Shown piece after piece: positions 44,330-57,318 of a DNA stretch of 64,000 nucleotides. The position numbers and the translations under genes were made by a program. The notes beneath the pieces were generated by a model that worked only from the letters and a program-made list of their open reading frames with translations, searched no databases and was not told where the DNA came from. The stretch is from Chrysomallon squamiferum (Eukaryota; Animalia; Mollusca): assembly GCA_012295275.1 (NCBI GenBank), contig CM022669.1:9362001-9426000 (forward strand). Direction: 5' to 3'. The stretch's first letter is position 1. Each line of letters opens with the position of its first letter.

Positions 44330-44744
44330 TATCATAATTCATTATGTGCACGCAATATTTTAGTCGACTACGTGAAAACATTTACAATGATAAAATAAAA
44401 GTATGCAAATTTGTTGTCACGTCTGCAAACGCTCTGGGGATACGATAACAAAGATAACTTTATGAAAGGAACACAATAAAGCGAGACAAATAAATGTCAG
44501 CATTCTGCGAATTTGATTGGTTATTTATGTCCCGTCACGGCATACTAAATGTAACACATGGTTGCAGGTTTAATAATAGAATAAAAAGCCATTGTCAGTC
44601 CCCCCCCTGTTAATGGAAAATGCCTGCTGACGCCGGAGGGGGGTGGGTGGGGGGTGGAGGGCGTGTTAGTGAGTGGTGGCAAGAAATGAAAGGTCGGGTG
44701 AGTTTTAACAGTCTAATGTGTTTGAATAAAAATGGACAAAATGT

Positions 44745-44804
<60 letters not shown>

Positions 44805-45529
44805 GACTTTCTTTATTTATTCCATCTTTTTTTAAGTTCTTTTTCCTTCTTTTATTATAAAATTTATTTGCTCCTTTCTATCGTTTTTCTTTTTATATTT
44901 CACTGCTTTTTTTTTTTTTGTTTTTTTTTTCTCGTTTTCAAATCAGCTAATAAATTAATAATTGATCTTTTTGTCCCAGATTATTCGGATTCCATGCACA
45001 AACACAACGCAACACACACGATACAACACTCCAATTACAGAAATATTATTTCAAATAATGCAGAACAAATATAAAATAAGAATGGATGATAATAAAAATA
45101 TGAAACAAAAAAGAAAAAAATATATATAAAACCATATTTCGTAAATGCACCGACAAACATTAAGCAAGTTAGAAGAAGATAAATATCTTTATAAATAATA
45201 AACATGATTTGCGTAACCGAAATATCTCGCAGCTTAAAAGCCTGGTTGTTATCTGTCACTAAGACATCAGGTTGACGTCACAGTGGCACATATTAATACT
45301 TATTTAAACTGCTGATGTCAACTATAAAAGTAATTCCTTGTTCACGTAACGTGACGTAACTCAGAACCTAATCACGGCGGGGAGGGGGAGAGACATGCAC
45401 GGGAATATAGTAATTATGGTGGTTATATAAAGTTATTTGTAATAAATAAAAAAATAAATCAATAAATAAAATAAAATAAACAAATAAAAAACAAATAAAT
45501 AAAAGTAACTAACTAACTAACTAACTAAC

Positions 45530-45588
<59 letters not shown>

Positions 45589-45597
45589 GTAATGATG

Positions 45598-45637
<40 letters not shown>

Positions 45638-45680
45638 ATAAAAAATAATAATAAAAAAAAAAAAAAAAAAAAAAAAAATG

Positions 45681-45733
<53 letters not shown>

Positions 45734-45898
45734 AATAATATGTGGAATAGATGCAGAAAGAAGACAAATCTGTAAATAATCTTTCCCCAAAAGCTAAAAA
45801 AACATTCTTAAATTTATTCCATTTTTTGTTTCATGCTTCATAAACACACTGACCCGCTCCTCCCGTCTCCCGCCGCCATTAAAGAAAAAAAAAAAAAT

Positions 45899-45929
<31 letters not shown>

Positions 45930-46773
45930 TATCTGGAAGTGGCTGCAGAAGAAGAAAGACGTTACTATCAGTGATCATTAACAAGCACATATCACGTATC
46001 TCCGACCGATAATACCGCCCGAACACGCCCCGTTTCTTTCTCACAACCCATACACATCCTTTATTTAACTCACACAGAGGGGATCAGGTTCAGCGTTCTT
46101 CTTTCCCTCTTCGTCGGGTTTAATCAGAAATGTCACGCAGGTAAAGCCAAAGAAAGTACGTTTTAGTTAGGCAGGTAAGAAAGGTGTTTTCGAAACGTGA
46201 GATTTTTTTTTTTTACAGAACGTGGAGAAGAAGTGTAATGGTACAATACATACAGCTCGTTGTGAGAATACTTTTTTTTAATTTTTTTATTTTTTTTTTT
46301 TTTAAATTTTTTTTTTTTTTCTTCTTCGTAGTGTTTGGTGTTCCGGCGTAATGCAGAAAAAGAAAGACAGAAAAAAGGAAAAAGATAAAGAAAGAGAGGA
46401 TTTTTCTGTGGGAAAACATGTAGATTAAAGTGTAAACAAAAATATATATATATATATTTTACTGGATAATGAATAAAACAACGCAAATAATGAGTATGCA
46501 CAGTCAAACGTTTTCGTTAATATATACACTGACAGACAGTGGCATTCAGAAACAAATATACCTCTATACTCCTTTACCGTCTTTCTCTCAAAAAACACAC
46601 ATATGGAGGAGTCATGGACGCATGCACACGCACGTACACACATCAGTACAAACACGTATTCACTCACATATATGATTTCTCTTAAACTGTGTGCTTAAAG
46701 TAGTTTAGCAGAAAAGAAGAAGAAAAGTGTCTGTGTTAATAAACAAATAGTTGTAATAACAAACACTGCGCTT

Positions 46774-46786
46774 ACCTGATTATTCT
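46774..46786 (-). other. Strong splice donor (candidate end of a first UTR exon, or a 9-nt microexon)
   Basis: Minus strand reads tttcttttag|aataatcag|gtaagc. Confidence 0.35.
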
Positions 46787-46971
46787 AAAAGAAACTTGTA
46801 ATAAAAAAGAATTTATAAATATGATTTTGGAACCAGCAAAAAAAAAAAAAAAACACACGAAAGGAAATCCACCTGGCGGCTCAGTCTGTCATGAATTTGT
46901 TGATCTCAACTGCAATTGTCTAGAAAAATCGTATTAATAATAATAATAATAATAATAATGGTTTTTCTTTT

Positions 46972-47050
<79 letters not shown>

Positions 47051-47209
47051 AACAACAACAAACAAACGACTAATATGAAAATATTTATCTTTGCCTTTGC
47101 AGTGTACATCGATTGCAAACAGTCGTCTATAGAATAATATGAAGCATGTCAAAAATCAACATTTTCAATTCCTGTTATGTCACGATTGATTTAAAACGTG
47201 TCTGAGGTA

Positions 47210-47303
47210 TCTGTATAACTTACATATCTATATAACTCACATATCTATATAACATACATAACTATATAACTCATATCTCTATATAACTTATATATCTTTA
47301 TAA
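47210..47303. repeat. Degenerate ~17-19-bp tandem repeat (atatctatataactc)
   Basis: About 5 imperfect copies. Confidence 0.75.
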
Positions 47304-47698
47304 TTCATTTTAGATAAAGTGAACACAGACTTATCAACATAGCTTGACACATTTTCAACAACATAATCTGGATAATTTCAAACGATAAGTTATTGATGTG
47401 ATAAACATAATTTTGTTTGACTGTCATCAAAAATACAAAATATATTTCTTTGGTGTGTCATGTCACATAATTAGCACATCATTTGATTTTAGACAATCAG
47501 TCTGAATATTTTCACAACTTGTATTTATTTTAAGATATGTCCAACCAAAAGAATATCAGTCTATAGTAAGTAAATATAATAAATGAGTGAATAAATAATA
47601 ATAATAAAAAATAAATAAAAAAAAATATATAAGAAATAAAAATAAATAAAAGCCCCAACAAAATCATAACTTATAGAAAAACAACTGACTGATTAGCT

Positions 47699-47763
<65 letters not shown>

Positions 47764-47994
47764 CTAAAGAAAAAGTATGTTACTTTTTTCATAACATCAT
47801 AAAATAATACAGCAAATGTACATAAAAAGCCTACAAGTATTTATAGAATTAATGTGAAAACAGATTCACACATATAATATAAAATATAAACTTTTGTAAA
47901 TGCCACGATGCCTTATCAATAACATTTATCTCACAGAAACACATACATACAGATGGGCACACAGACACAGGCATAAGCACATATAAACACAGTA

Positions 47995-48029
<35 letters not shown>

Positions 48030-49170
48030 GAAAACACACACAAAAATAAAACATTGATAAAGACTAGTTTCAAATTTGGTGTAACATTCACTTATTTCAA
48101 AAGTTTCTGTGATAATCTTGTCTATTGCACAAAATGAAAACATTTGCAAGTGTAAGAGAAAGAAAACTTTAAACTATTGCTAATTTAAAAAAAAAAAGAA
48201 AAAAAAAAGAAAACCCACAAAAATAACCCCTTTCCCATTTGAAAGCATTACAACTGCAAAAACTATACAAAAATTTAAACTATTTTACAAACATCTGTGT
48301 TATAAAGCTAATCAGTAAACTCATAACTGACAACTGAGTTCATGAAATCAGAGTCAAATATTGACAAAATGTCTGTGAAGAAAATACTTTTTTTTTTTAC
48401 AATTCCTAGTAAAGTATAACAACAATAAATACAAGAATACAGGAAAATGGACTATTTTGCAGACCTCTAAAACCTCATACCTATAATTAGCAAAGGTTCA
48501 CTCCCCCCGCAAGAATTTAAAATATTCTTATCAGTGACTTTGGGTATCAATACATGAAAAAAAAAAAAAAAAACATAAAATAAAAACAGCAACAACAAAA
48601 TAAAGATTGTGTCCATAATTAATACAGATATTAATAAAAAAAAAAAAAAACAACAACAACAAACAAACAAATAAAAAAAAAATTTGTAAAATGAAACAAA
48701 AGAAATAATAGTAATAATAATAATAATAAATACATGCATTTAATAAAGAATTAACAATAATCAAAACCTACATACCACATGTCATAATTACAGACTGCTG
48801 AGTTTTCTATTAAACTTCATAATTTTATTTATTTAAATCAAAAGAAAAAACATCAACATTAAATATAATTTATTTTTCAATATTAATGCGTTTTTGATAC
48901 ATAATAATTATATATTATTTTGGGAAATGCAAACTTCCTGAAAGACTGAGCCCTAATTTTGCGAGAGGCAAAGATTTAATAATATATATATATATTTTAA
49001 CAATGACAACAATACAAAAAATAAATTATAGCAATAATCATAAAATAATAATAATGATAATAATAAAACATTGTTGGCTTATTCTGATGGAGTTATGGTT
49101 CTTTTTAATCGACGTAAGATGTAATTACATTCAACAACTTGTGCTGAATGCATTTTTTTGAATCATCATC

Positions 49171-49176
49171 TTTATT
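49171..49176 (-). terminator. Candidate TRIP4 polyadenylation signal AATAAA
   Basis: AATAAA in non-repetitive sequence ~480 nt downstream of the stop; chance matches are common in this AT-rich DNA. Confidence 0.25.
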
Positions 49177-49317
49177 ACATAAAACTGAAATCAGCAACAG
49201 ATTTACCATTCATACAAATTCAGCACATTCTGCTGAAAGACAGTTTGGAATTTGTATTGTGTAGATTAACTGCTCAACATTTTAGATTAACATAAGCTCA
49301 AAAAAAAAAATTAAAAA

Positions 49318-49349
<32 letters not shown>

Positions 49350-49655
49350 TAAAAAAAAAATAATAATAATAAAAAGGAAAAAGAAGAAATAAAAAGTAAA
49401 ATAAAAATGAATATAAAAAAATTAGCAAAATGATTAATATTATATTAGAAAAAAAAAAAATCAGACATTCTTCAAAAGAAGATTTCATAATTATGTTTTT
49501 AATCTGGATAAAATAAATTCGCCAAAATCGTCAGTGTTATGATCTCAACATCATCATCGTCATGTTAAGAATAATTTCAGCATCACAGTCTGCAACTACA
49601 CCATCACAACTGGCATGGTAGTGTGAATGTTGTTTGTTTAGTTGTGTGTTGTGTG

Positions 49656-49720
49656 TCAGAGGTCAGATATTTGTCTTAAACCTTTCTTAGCTGCTTGATG
49701 TATATGACTATCCAGTTTAT
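49656..49720 (-). CDS. TRIP4: TRIP4/ASC-1 exon 12 (last coding exon)
   Basis: tatttcag| acceptor; (Y)KLDSHIHQAAKKGLRQISDL*, resembling the human C-terminus WKLDSKIHQGAKKGL. Confidence 0.93.
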
Positions 49721-49726
49721 CTGAAA

Positions 49727-49758
<32 letters not shown>

Positions 49759-50075
49759 AAAAATAAATAAATAATAAAAATAAATAAATAAATAAAAATA
49801 AGGAAAGAAATAAAATAATATAATAAATAACAGAATTAATTAGAAAATAAATAAATAAAAATAAGGATGAAATAAAATAAATAAATAAATAACAAAACAA
49901 CAAAATTAATTAGAAAATAAATAAATAAATAAAAAATACACAAACAAAAACATGCAGTATCAGAAACAAAATGCTGCCCTCCCAAACCCACAAAAATAAA
50001 TAACCCAGTAACTATAAAAAGTCCCAAATTACACGTCAAAGTACATAAAAGAAATAAAATAAAGTTTAAACTTAC

Positions 50076-50172
50076 AAATTTTATGTTTTCCTTGGATTGG
50101 AAACTTGACAATTAGTTCTTGTGGGTTTTGACAGACAAAGACGTACGGAGACACAGACTCCCCATCAGGAAA
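50076..50172 (-). CDS. TRIP4: TRIP4 exon 11
   Basis: ttttcag| ... |gtaagt; FPDGESVSPYVFVCQNPQELIVKFPIQGKHKI; 97 nt, phase 0 to 1. Confidence 0.95.
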
Positions 50173-50497
50173 CTGAAAACAAGAATTTAAACTTCAGTTT
50201 TTTATTGTGCAAATGTGTGTGTGTGTGTGTGTGTGTGTTTGTGTATGTGTGTGTGAGAGAGAGAGAGAAACAGAGTAAAGTTTGTGTCTTTATAATGATT
50301 GATCATATATTATGTCCAGCTGCTTTCTGTATATCTCTTTCTGTCTGTCTGTCTCACTGTCTCTGCGTCTGTTTCTGTCTATCTCACTGTCTCTGCATCT
50401 GTTTATCTCTATCTTACTCTCTGCATCTGTTTGTATCTCTGTGTGCCTCTCCCTCTGTCTCTGTGTCTTTCCCTATGTCTCTCTCTCTTTCTATACA

Positions 50498-50570
<73 letters not shown>

Positions 50571-50954
50571 ATTAGATGTAAAAGAGAAAGAAAACAAGGA
50601 ATCTATTCAATAAATCAGGGCATATTTAGAATTACTTTCTGAGGAATTTTTTCTGAATCTTGTTAGTAATTTTCATACTCATTTAAAAATTAATGTATTT
50701 ATTCAATTTTTAATTTATAAACATATAATTATCTGATTGTAAGTGTGTGTTTTTCTTTGTCTGTGTTTGCCTGTCTGCTTTGCTTTTGAAAGAGAGAGAG
50801 AACGAGAGAGATGGAGACATATTTATATATTAAAAGAAAATAAAATGAACAAAAGAATTGATGTGCAATAAGAAAGTAACATCAAAGAGAGACAGACAAT
50901 CAGACAGACAGACAGACAGATATAGAGAGAGACAAAGAGACAGAGAGACAGCAC

Positions 50955-51052
50955 CTGTTGTCTGTACTCATCCTGAGCGAGGCAGTCTACAAGATCAACA
51001 CAACCAAGAAGACAACCAACAGGATAGTGACGAGGAAACTCTATCTTTTTAT
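50955..51052 (-). CDS. TRIP4: TRIP4 exon 10 (ASCH domain)
   Basis: (D)KKIEFPRHYPVGCLLGCVDLVDCLAQDEYRQQ; 98 nt, phase 1 to 0. Confidence 0.95.
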
Positions 51053-51061
51053 CTGAAATAA

Positions 51062-51096
<35 letters not shown>

Positions 51097-51642
51097 ACAA
51101 ACAAACAAAAAAAAAACAAATTAATAAAATAAGCATTAAATAAAAATGAAGAAACCACCAAACCAAACAATGAACTAAATACTGAAAAATAAACAAATGG
51201 CTGAAAGATAAAAAATTTAATATATATATAAACAAAAAAAAAAAATAAAATAAAATAAAACAAAATAAAATAAAGAAAGAACACAGAAAGAACAAAAAAT
51301 TTCAGCAATGTGTTGTTAACATGTAAACATAATGAAGTTTCTGCTACTAAAACCATTATTTCTGTAAACTAGCAGCAAAAAATCTTTTATGTGGAGAGAT
51401 AAAAAAAATCAGTTAGAGATGAACTTTATACCACAAAAATTACTACCCTGTGAGTTTGCAGCAAAATATCTTTTACATGCAAAGTGATAAAAACACCTGA
51501 TATTGTCACATCACAGCTTATTTCTTTTCTACCCTTCTAAACATAAAAAAAAAAAAAAAAAAAAATAACAATTTTTTAAAAAAAAAAGTAGATAAAAGAA
51601 TAAATAACAAAAACAAATAAAATATAAAATGACAAAACCAAC

Positions 51643-51764
51643 CGTGGTAGAGAAAAGTGTATTGCTGTTCTGTTTCGGAGATTGTCTGAGTTTCTGGGTT
51701 TTGTTTCGTTGCAGCAATCCACAGTCGTCCTCTGTGTGCAGTGTACCAGGTTCTACCCTCGTGT
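51643..51764 (-). CDS. TRIP4: TRIP4 exon 9 (ASCH domain)
   Basis: (K)HEGRTWYTAHRGRLWIAATKQNPETQTISETEQQYTFLYH; completes the ASCH GxKxxExR motif; 122 nt, phase 2 to 1. Confidence 0.95.
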
Positions 51765-51912
51765 CTGTCACAGTTATAAATAGTTGTTTTTAAAATAGTT
51801 TTAGTTACATTTTATAGTGAATCATTGTACAGCATTGATATCAATAATAATATGAATAATAATTATTAATAATAATAATAATATAAAATAATAATAATAA
51901 TTAACAATAATA

Positions 51913-51957
<45 letters not shown>

Positions 51958-52249
51958 TAATAATAATAACAATAATAATAACAATAATAATAATAATAAA
52001 AATAACAATAACAATAAGAATAAGAATAAAAATACTGGTATACCAGAATGTCATTTTTAAAGGCAGTGAACACTTCAGTTATTTTCAAATTTTTTCAACA
52101 ATCCCACTCTTCATTAAACCACACAGATTTATCAGTAATCAACTCAAGTATTTATTATATATATATATTTTTTTAATTTCTGAATATCCATGCTAACACT
52201 CTTGGTGTTTGTTGTCGACAAAAACAATTAAATACAAAAACCAACTTAC

Positions 52250-52425
52250 TTTTTTGTTCCTTTCACGAGAAGTGTTGCCCAGGGTTGGTGCATGCTCAGA
52301 CACATCCCTTCGTCTGTCATCTCCAGTAACTGGCGATCCTGAATTCGACTAGATTTCCTTGAAGACTCGGAAGAATTGTGATTTTTTCGCACTTTATTGC
52401 TGTACAGTCTGTCAGGGGGTATGTA
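52250..52425 (-). CDS. TRIP4: TRIP4 exon 8 (start of ASCH domain)
   Basis: YIPPD...RIQDRQLLEMTDEGMCLSMHQPWATLLVKGTK; donor AA|gtaagt; 176 nt, phase 0 to 2. Confidence 0.93.
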
Positions 52426-52914
52426 CTGTCAGTGGATAAATAAATAATTAAATAAAAATAATATGAAAATAAATAAATGTTTGAAATGTGAAATAAATAA
52501 AAGATAATGAAATATCTGTTTAAAAAAAGTAAAGTAATTGTTAGAAGTTAATTGTTTCTTTCATTGCATCTATCACTTCATCTTCATCAAATTTTATGAA
52601 ATTGACTGTAAATTAATTATCTAGGTTTCACAAATGTATACTTTATAATATAGAAAAGTAAGTAAGGAAATAAATAAGTTGATAATAAAATACATATATA
52701 AATATCAAAAATACATTTTAAAGTCTCAAACAAATAAATAAGAAAAAACAAATAAGAAAGTAAAAAATTTAAAAATTAAAATAAAATAAGAGAAAAAAAA
52801 AAAAGAAAAAAAAAAAAAAAAAGTAAAAATTCTAATACCATGATGGAGAAAATACAATGACCCCCAAAAAATCTTATTTCCACATTTTGACTGTAAATTA
52901 TATTAATCACTAAC

Positions 52915-53254
52915 TTTGGGAGCAGCTTGTACAATGTTTGGATTCACAATATCACTGTCCATCTCTGGTGATGAGGGTTTTGACATGTCTGAAGACGCAG
53001 CACCATAATAAACCTGCTGTATGACATCGTCGTTGACGTCGTACATGTTTTTGCCGACATCAGAATCGGCTTCAATGATCTGGCGGCCGGCGAAGTCGAA
53101 CGTGATTTTTCTGTCTCTGCGAGACCCGTGTCTCTCATTGCGAAGTTCAGCTTCGCGCTTGTTCAGTGCTTCCTTGTCCTTTGCACTCAGCCAGCGATTC
53201 GAATCAGCAGAAAAATAATCTGCCTCATCGTCGATAACCTTTGTTCTTTGTACA
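52915..53254 (-). CDS. TRIP4: TRIP4 exon 7
   Basis: (S)VQRTKVIDDEADYFSADSNRWLSAKDKEALNKREAELRNERHGSRRDRKITFDFAGRQII...NPNIVQAAPK|gttagt; 340 nt, phase 2 to 0. Confidence 0.93.
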
Positions 53255-53700
53255 CTGAAATTTTAAAAATATATATTATAACCTTTGTTCTTTGTACACT
53301 GAAATGTTTAAAAATAATTATTTAAAAATATATATCATAATCTTAGTTCTTTGTACACTGAAGTGTTTAAATATAATTATTCAAAAATGTATACCATAAC
53401 TTTAGTTGTGTGTACACTGAAATGTTTAAATGTAATTATTTAAAAATGTATATCATAACCTTAGTTCTGTGTACACTGAAATATTTAAATATAATTATTT
53501 AAAAATGTATATCATAACTTTAGTTGTGTGTACACTGAAATGTTTAAATATAATTATTTAAAAATGTATATCATAACCTTAGTTGTGTGTACACTGAAAT
53601 GTTTAAATATAAATATTTAAAAATGTATGTCATGACCTTAGTTGTGTGTACACTGAAATATTTAAATATAATTATTTAAAAATATATATCATAACCTTAA
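53234..53700. repeat. 59-bp minisatellite (~8 units) containing the TRIP4 exon 7 acceptor
   Basis: tacactgaa recurs with acceptor AG (plus-strand ct) at 53255, 53299, 53358, 53417, 53476, 53535, 53594 and 53653; spacing is 44 once, then 59. Confidence 0.95.
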
Positions 53701-54138
53701 CTGTAAATGAAATCTTCTACATAAAGAAAAATACTCATAATCTAAATGTCTACAGTTTGATTTAAATATCGTGCTTATAAAAGGATCAAATCTTTATATA
53801 AAGAAACAATTTCTTTAATTTAGTTTAACTTGTCTCAATGAATGATACTGAAACATAAAGAAGAGTGCTTTCTGATAAGATTGTTTTAAAATAATTTCAC
53901 TCTAAGACCTAGACATGAGTTACACTGAAGATTAATCAACCCCACAGCTTTTTTGTTTTTGTTTTCATGGTCAATTGTATTCATCTGAGTTTAAGGTTTT
54001 CAAAGTATGTTGTTTCCAAAGTGAATATATATAAATATATATATATATATATATTCTGACATATAAAACAAAGCATTGACCATACTGATGCTAATGAAAT
54101 GTTTTTGGAACCTGTTAGTTAGTTCAGGACTGTAATAC

Positions 54139-54344
54139 CTGGTTTTGTCGTACTCCAGGAGTCTGTTTTTCTGTTCCAGGGCCTGGTCGAGTCCCTGATT
54201 CGATGACGTGGAAGATGAAGAAAAAGGTTTTTGCTGACTGAGAAGTGGGACGATGGTTGCTCCTTTCATCAGGTGCTGTCGCAGTTTGTCACTTTTCTTA
54301 CCTGATCCTTTCCTCAACACCTCCTCTTCCTCCACAGTGCACAC
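54139..54344 (-). CDS. TRIP4: TRIP4 exon 6
   Basis: VCTVEEEEVLRKGSGKKSDKLRQHLM...ALEQKNRLLEYDKT; 206 nt, phase 0 to 2. Confidence 0.93.
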
Positions 54345-54361
54345 CTGGACATAAATAAACA

Positions 54362-55135
54362 CACAAATAAAATAAAATAAATAGAGAAATAAAATAAAAA
54401 AATTAAATAAATAAAATACAAATAAAAATAAAATAAATATAGAGAAATAAATTGAAATAACTATAGAAATAAAATAAAAAAATACAAATAAATAAAATAA
54501 ATAGAGAAATAAAATAAAATAAATGAAATAAAATAAAATAAAAAATAAAATAAAGAAAATAAAATAAAATAAATAGAAATATAAAATAAAAAATAAATAA
54601 AATTAAATAAATAATAAATAAAATAAAAAATAAAATAAATAAAATAAAGAAATAAAATAAAAATAACTATATTTAAAAAATAAAATAAATAAACAGAAAT
54701 AAAATAAAAAATAAAATATAGAAATAAGTTGAAATAAATATAGATATATTTAAAAATAACAAATCAACAAAAAAGAATAAACATCAACAAAAAAAATAAT
54801 AATAAAAAAATAATCAAATAATACAAATAAAATAAATAATAATACAGAGAAATAAATTGAAATAAATATAGAAATAAAATGAAATAAATATAGATATATT
54901 TAAAAAATAACAACAACAACAACAAAAGAACAATAATAATAAAATCAAAGAAATAAAAAATAAGAATGTTTAAAAACAACAACAACACAACAACAACAAC
55001 AAGAATAATAATGATAATAATAAAATACATAGAGAAATAAATTGAAATAAATATAGATATATATAAAAAATAACAACAACAACAACAACAATAAAAAATA
55101 CATAGAGAAATAAAAAAATAAAAAAAAAAATAGTC
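54362..55135. repeat. A-rich low-complexity (AAAAT/AAAT)n block in TRIP4 intron 5
   Basis: Directly visible, with internal duplications of agagaaataaattgaaataaatataga. Confidence 0.9.
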
Positions 55136-55740
55136 AAAAAAAGGATATGTAATTTTTAAAATTGTATAATAAAAATGAAGGAAACATACAGTTGTGATGA
55201 ACTAACAAACAGACAAACAGTGATAGTAATAATGATCACTGTTGTTTCTGACATTATATAAGGTTTTTGTTTTTAACTTCAAATGAAAAAATTGAAAATA
55301 CTAATGTGATTTTGTTAAAAAAACAACAAACAAACATCACCGTTTCTTAATCTAAACAATCAGTAATTAGCAAAATTGAAAAACAGAGAGGTAGAGAACT
55401 GAGAAAGAATATTTAAACACAACAGTGCAATTATGAAGTAAATAGAAACCCAGTTAATAACTTCTTTACTGTATTGAAATTCTAATTAAACATTATTATT
55501 ATTATTACATGTTCTTGAACTGCTAAAATGTCATAAAAAATAAAAATTAGAGAAACAAATATTAAAATCAAATAATTTTTTTTAGCAAATCCATGCTTTA
55601 ACAATGAACTATATTAACAACATCGATAACCATTTATGTACATCTTCTCTCACATACACAGACACACAGACACACAGACTAACAGCCACACACTGTTTTA
55701 CGTGTGTACATACAAATATATTAACAAAAAAAAGTTTTAC

Positions 55741-55859
55741 CAGATTTCCACAAAACACACACGGACCAGAGCCTTCCTGGTCACACACGACACGCCCACA
55801 TTTCAAACAATTGTTAATTAACTTGTGTTTCGATGCCTGACACTCACAGATGTGTCTAC
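55741..55859 (-). CDS. TRIP4: TRIP4 exon 5 (zf-C2HC5 zinc finger)
   Basis: (G)RHICECQASKHKLINNCLKCGRVVCDQEGSGPCVFCGNL; 119 nt, phase 1 to 0. Confidence 0.97.
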
Positions 55860-55897
55860 CTGTAATCAACAAATTTTAATTAATAAATAACAAATTG

Positions 55898-55943
<46 letters not shown>

Positions 55944-56226
55944 AAATAATAAAACAAATATTAATAAAATAATAATAAATTAAATTAAACAAAAAATGAT
56001 TAAAACAACAACAACAAAAAAAAAAAAAAAAACCCATCATTTACAGGGCAAAGAGAACAAGGCAATCATTAAATTCATTTTATTTATTTATCAATTATTT
56101 ACTTTTTATTTTATTTAATTTTCATTCATATTAATTATTTTTTTATATTTTTCTATAATGTATTAATTGTTAAAATAAATTTAAAAAAAAAGAGAAAAAA
56201 AAAAAAGAGGATAAACTGTGACACAC

Positions 56227-56350
56227 CTGCTAATTTGACAACAGATTTGGCTAGTCCCTCCTGACTATAAAGAGGAACAAATTTAGTTTTCCTTTTAGTC
56301 GGGTCAGTGCTGTTTGTGTGTGTATTGCTGCACAAGTTGTATGTATCATC
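56227..56350 (-). CDS. TRIP4: TRIP4 exon 4
   Basis: DDTYN...KRKTKFVPLYSQEGLAKSVVKLA(G); 124 nt, phase 0 to 1. Confidence 0.92.
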
Positions 56351-56672
56351 CTGAAAATATATATCAGTTTCTTTTTTTGAGCATGCATCATAGGCATTTT
56401 TTGTATTTTTATTCATAAAATATAATTATACATTTTTAAACAACAGCTGGCAAACATTTCAGTATTAAAACTGACCACATTATGTTTTCAATTACACGAA
56501 ATTAAGTGTTTAAGAGCTAGAACAACATGAATTCCAAATTTTTGAAGTTGCTTTATCTTTTCATGTCCATAATAAATACACAGAGATATACATAGATGTG
56601 AGATGTCTTTAACAAGTAGAATTTTTACAGAGTAAAATAGAGACTGATAAAGAATTAAATTTTTTTGTTAAC

Positions 56673-56807
56673 CTCGCTATAAGTAACCTCTCCATTTGTA
56701 ATTTCGTCTGACCAAAGTTTTGTTTCTCTCTCTTCTTTTGTTTTCTTCTTTGATTTTTCAACTCCTCTGAAATAAACTTCCTCTTCTTGATTTGGTTTTT
56801 TGTACAC
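56673..56807 (-). CDS. TRIP4: TRIP4 exon 3 (donor at 56688 or 56673)
   Basis: ttgacag|VYKKPNQEEEVYFRGVEKSKKKTKEERETKLWSDEITNGE(VTYSE); two weak in-frame donors. Confidence 0.8.
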
Positions 56808-57170
56808 CTGTCAAGATAAGATTTAGTTACCATCATCATCATCATCATCATTACAATAATAAAAATCATTACATGATAATAATCTCATTATCATCATAAT
56901 TATAGGTACACTAAGCAAACTATTTCTCTTGTTTTATTATCATTTTTCTTTTCCATGTACATTATTTATATATTTAAGTAGTTTTAAAATGAAATAAATA
57001 GTTTCTTAACTGTCATTTTTTTTCTTAGCAGAGTTTCATATAGACTGTTATTACTTTTAGTATCATGAACTGTCATTATTATAATTAATGTAGCCTTACA
57101 GTAGTAATAATAATAATAATAATGATAATTATAATTATTAATACCCTATTCATTTATTTTTCACACAAAC

Positions 57171-57318
57171 CTGGATATTATTTGGAAGATCATTTTCTCT
57201 GGGTTGCCATCTCCGTAACAATTCCTTGACAAACCTTTGAACTCTGACATCTGACTTGTCAAGGAATTCATGGATGTATTCCTCTAACTCATCTGCACTC
57301 TCAATGGCAAGAATGTAT
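57171..57318 (-). CDS. TRIP4: TRIP4 exon 2
   Basis: (R)YILAIESADELEEYIHEFLDKSDVRVQRFVKELLRRWQPRENDLPNNIQ, resembling human YVLSIESAEEIREY; 148 nt, phase 2 to 0. Confidence 0.93.

Noticed and set aside
53234-53700. CRISPR-like regularly spaced repeat
   Set aside because: Whole units are homologous with no unique spacers, the context is a eukaryotic intron, and there are no cas genes.
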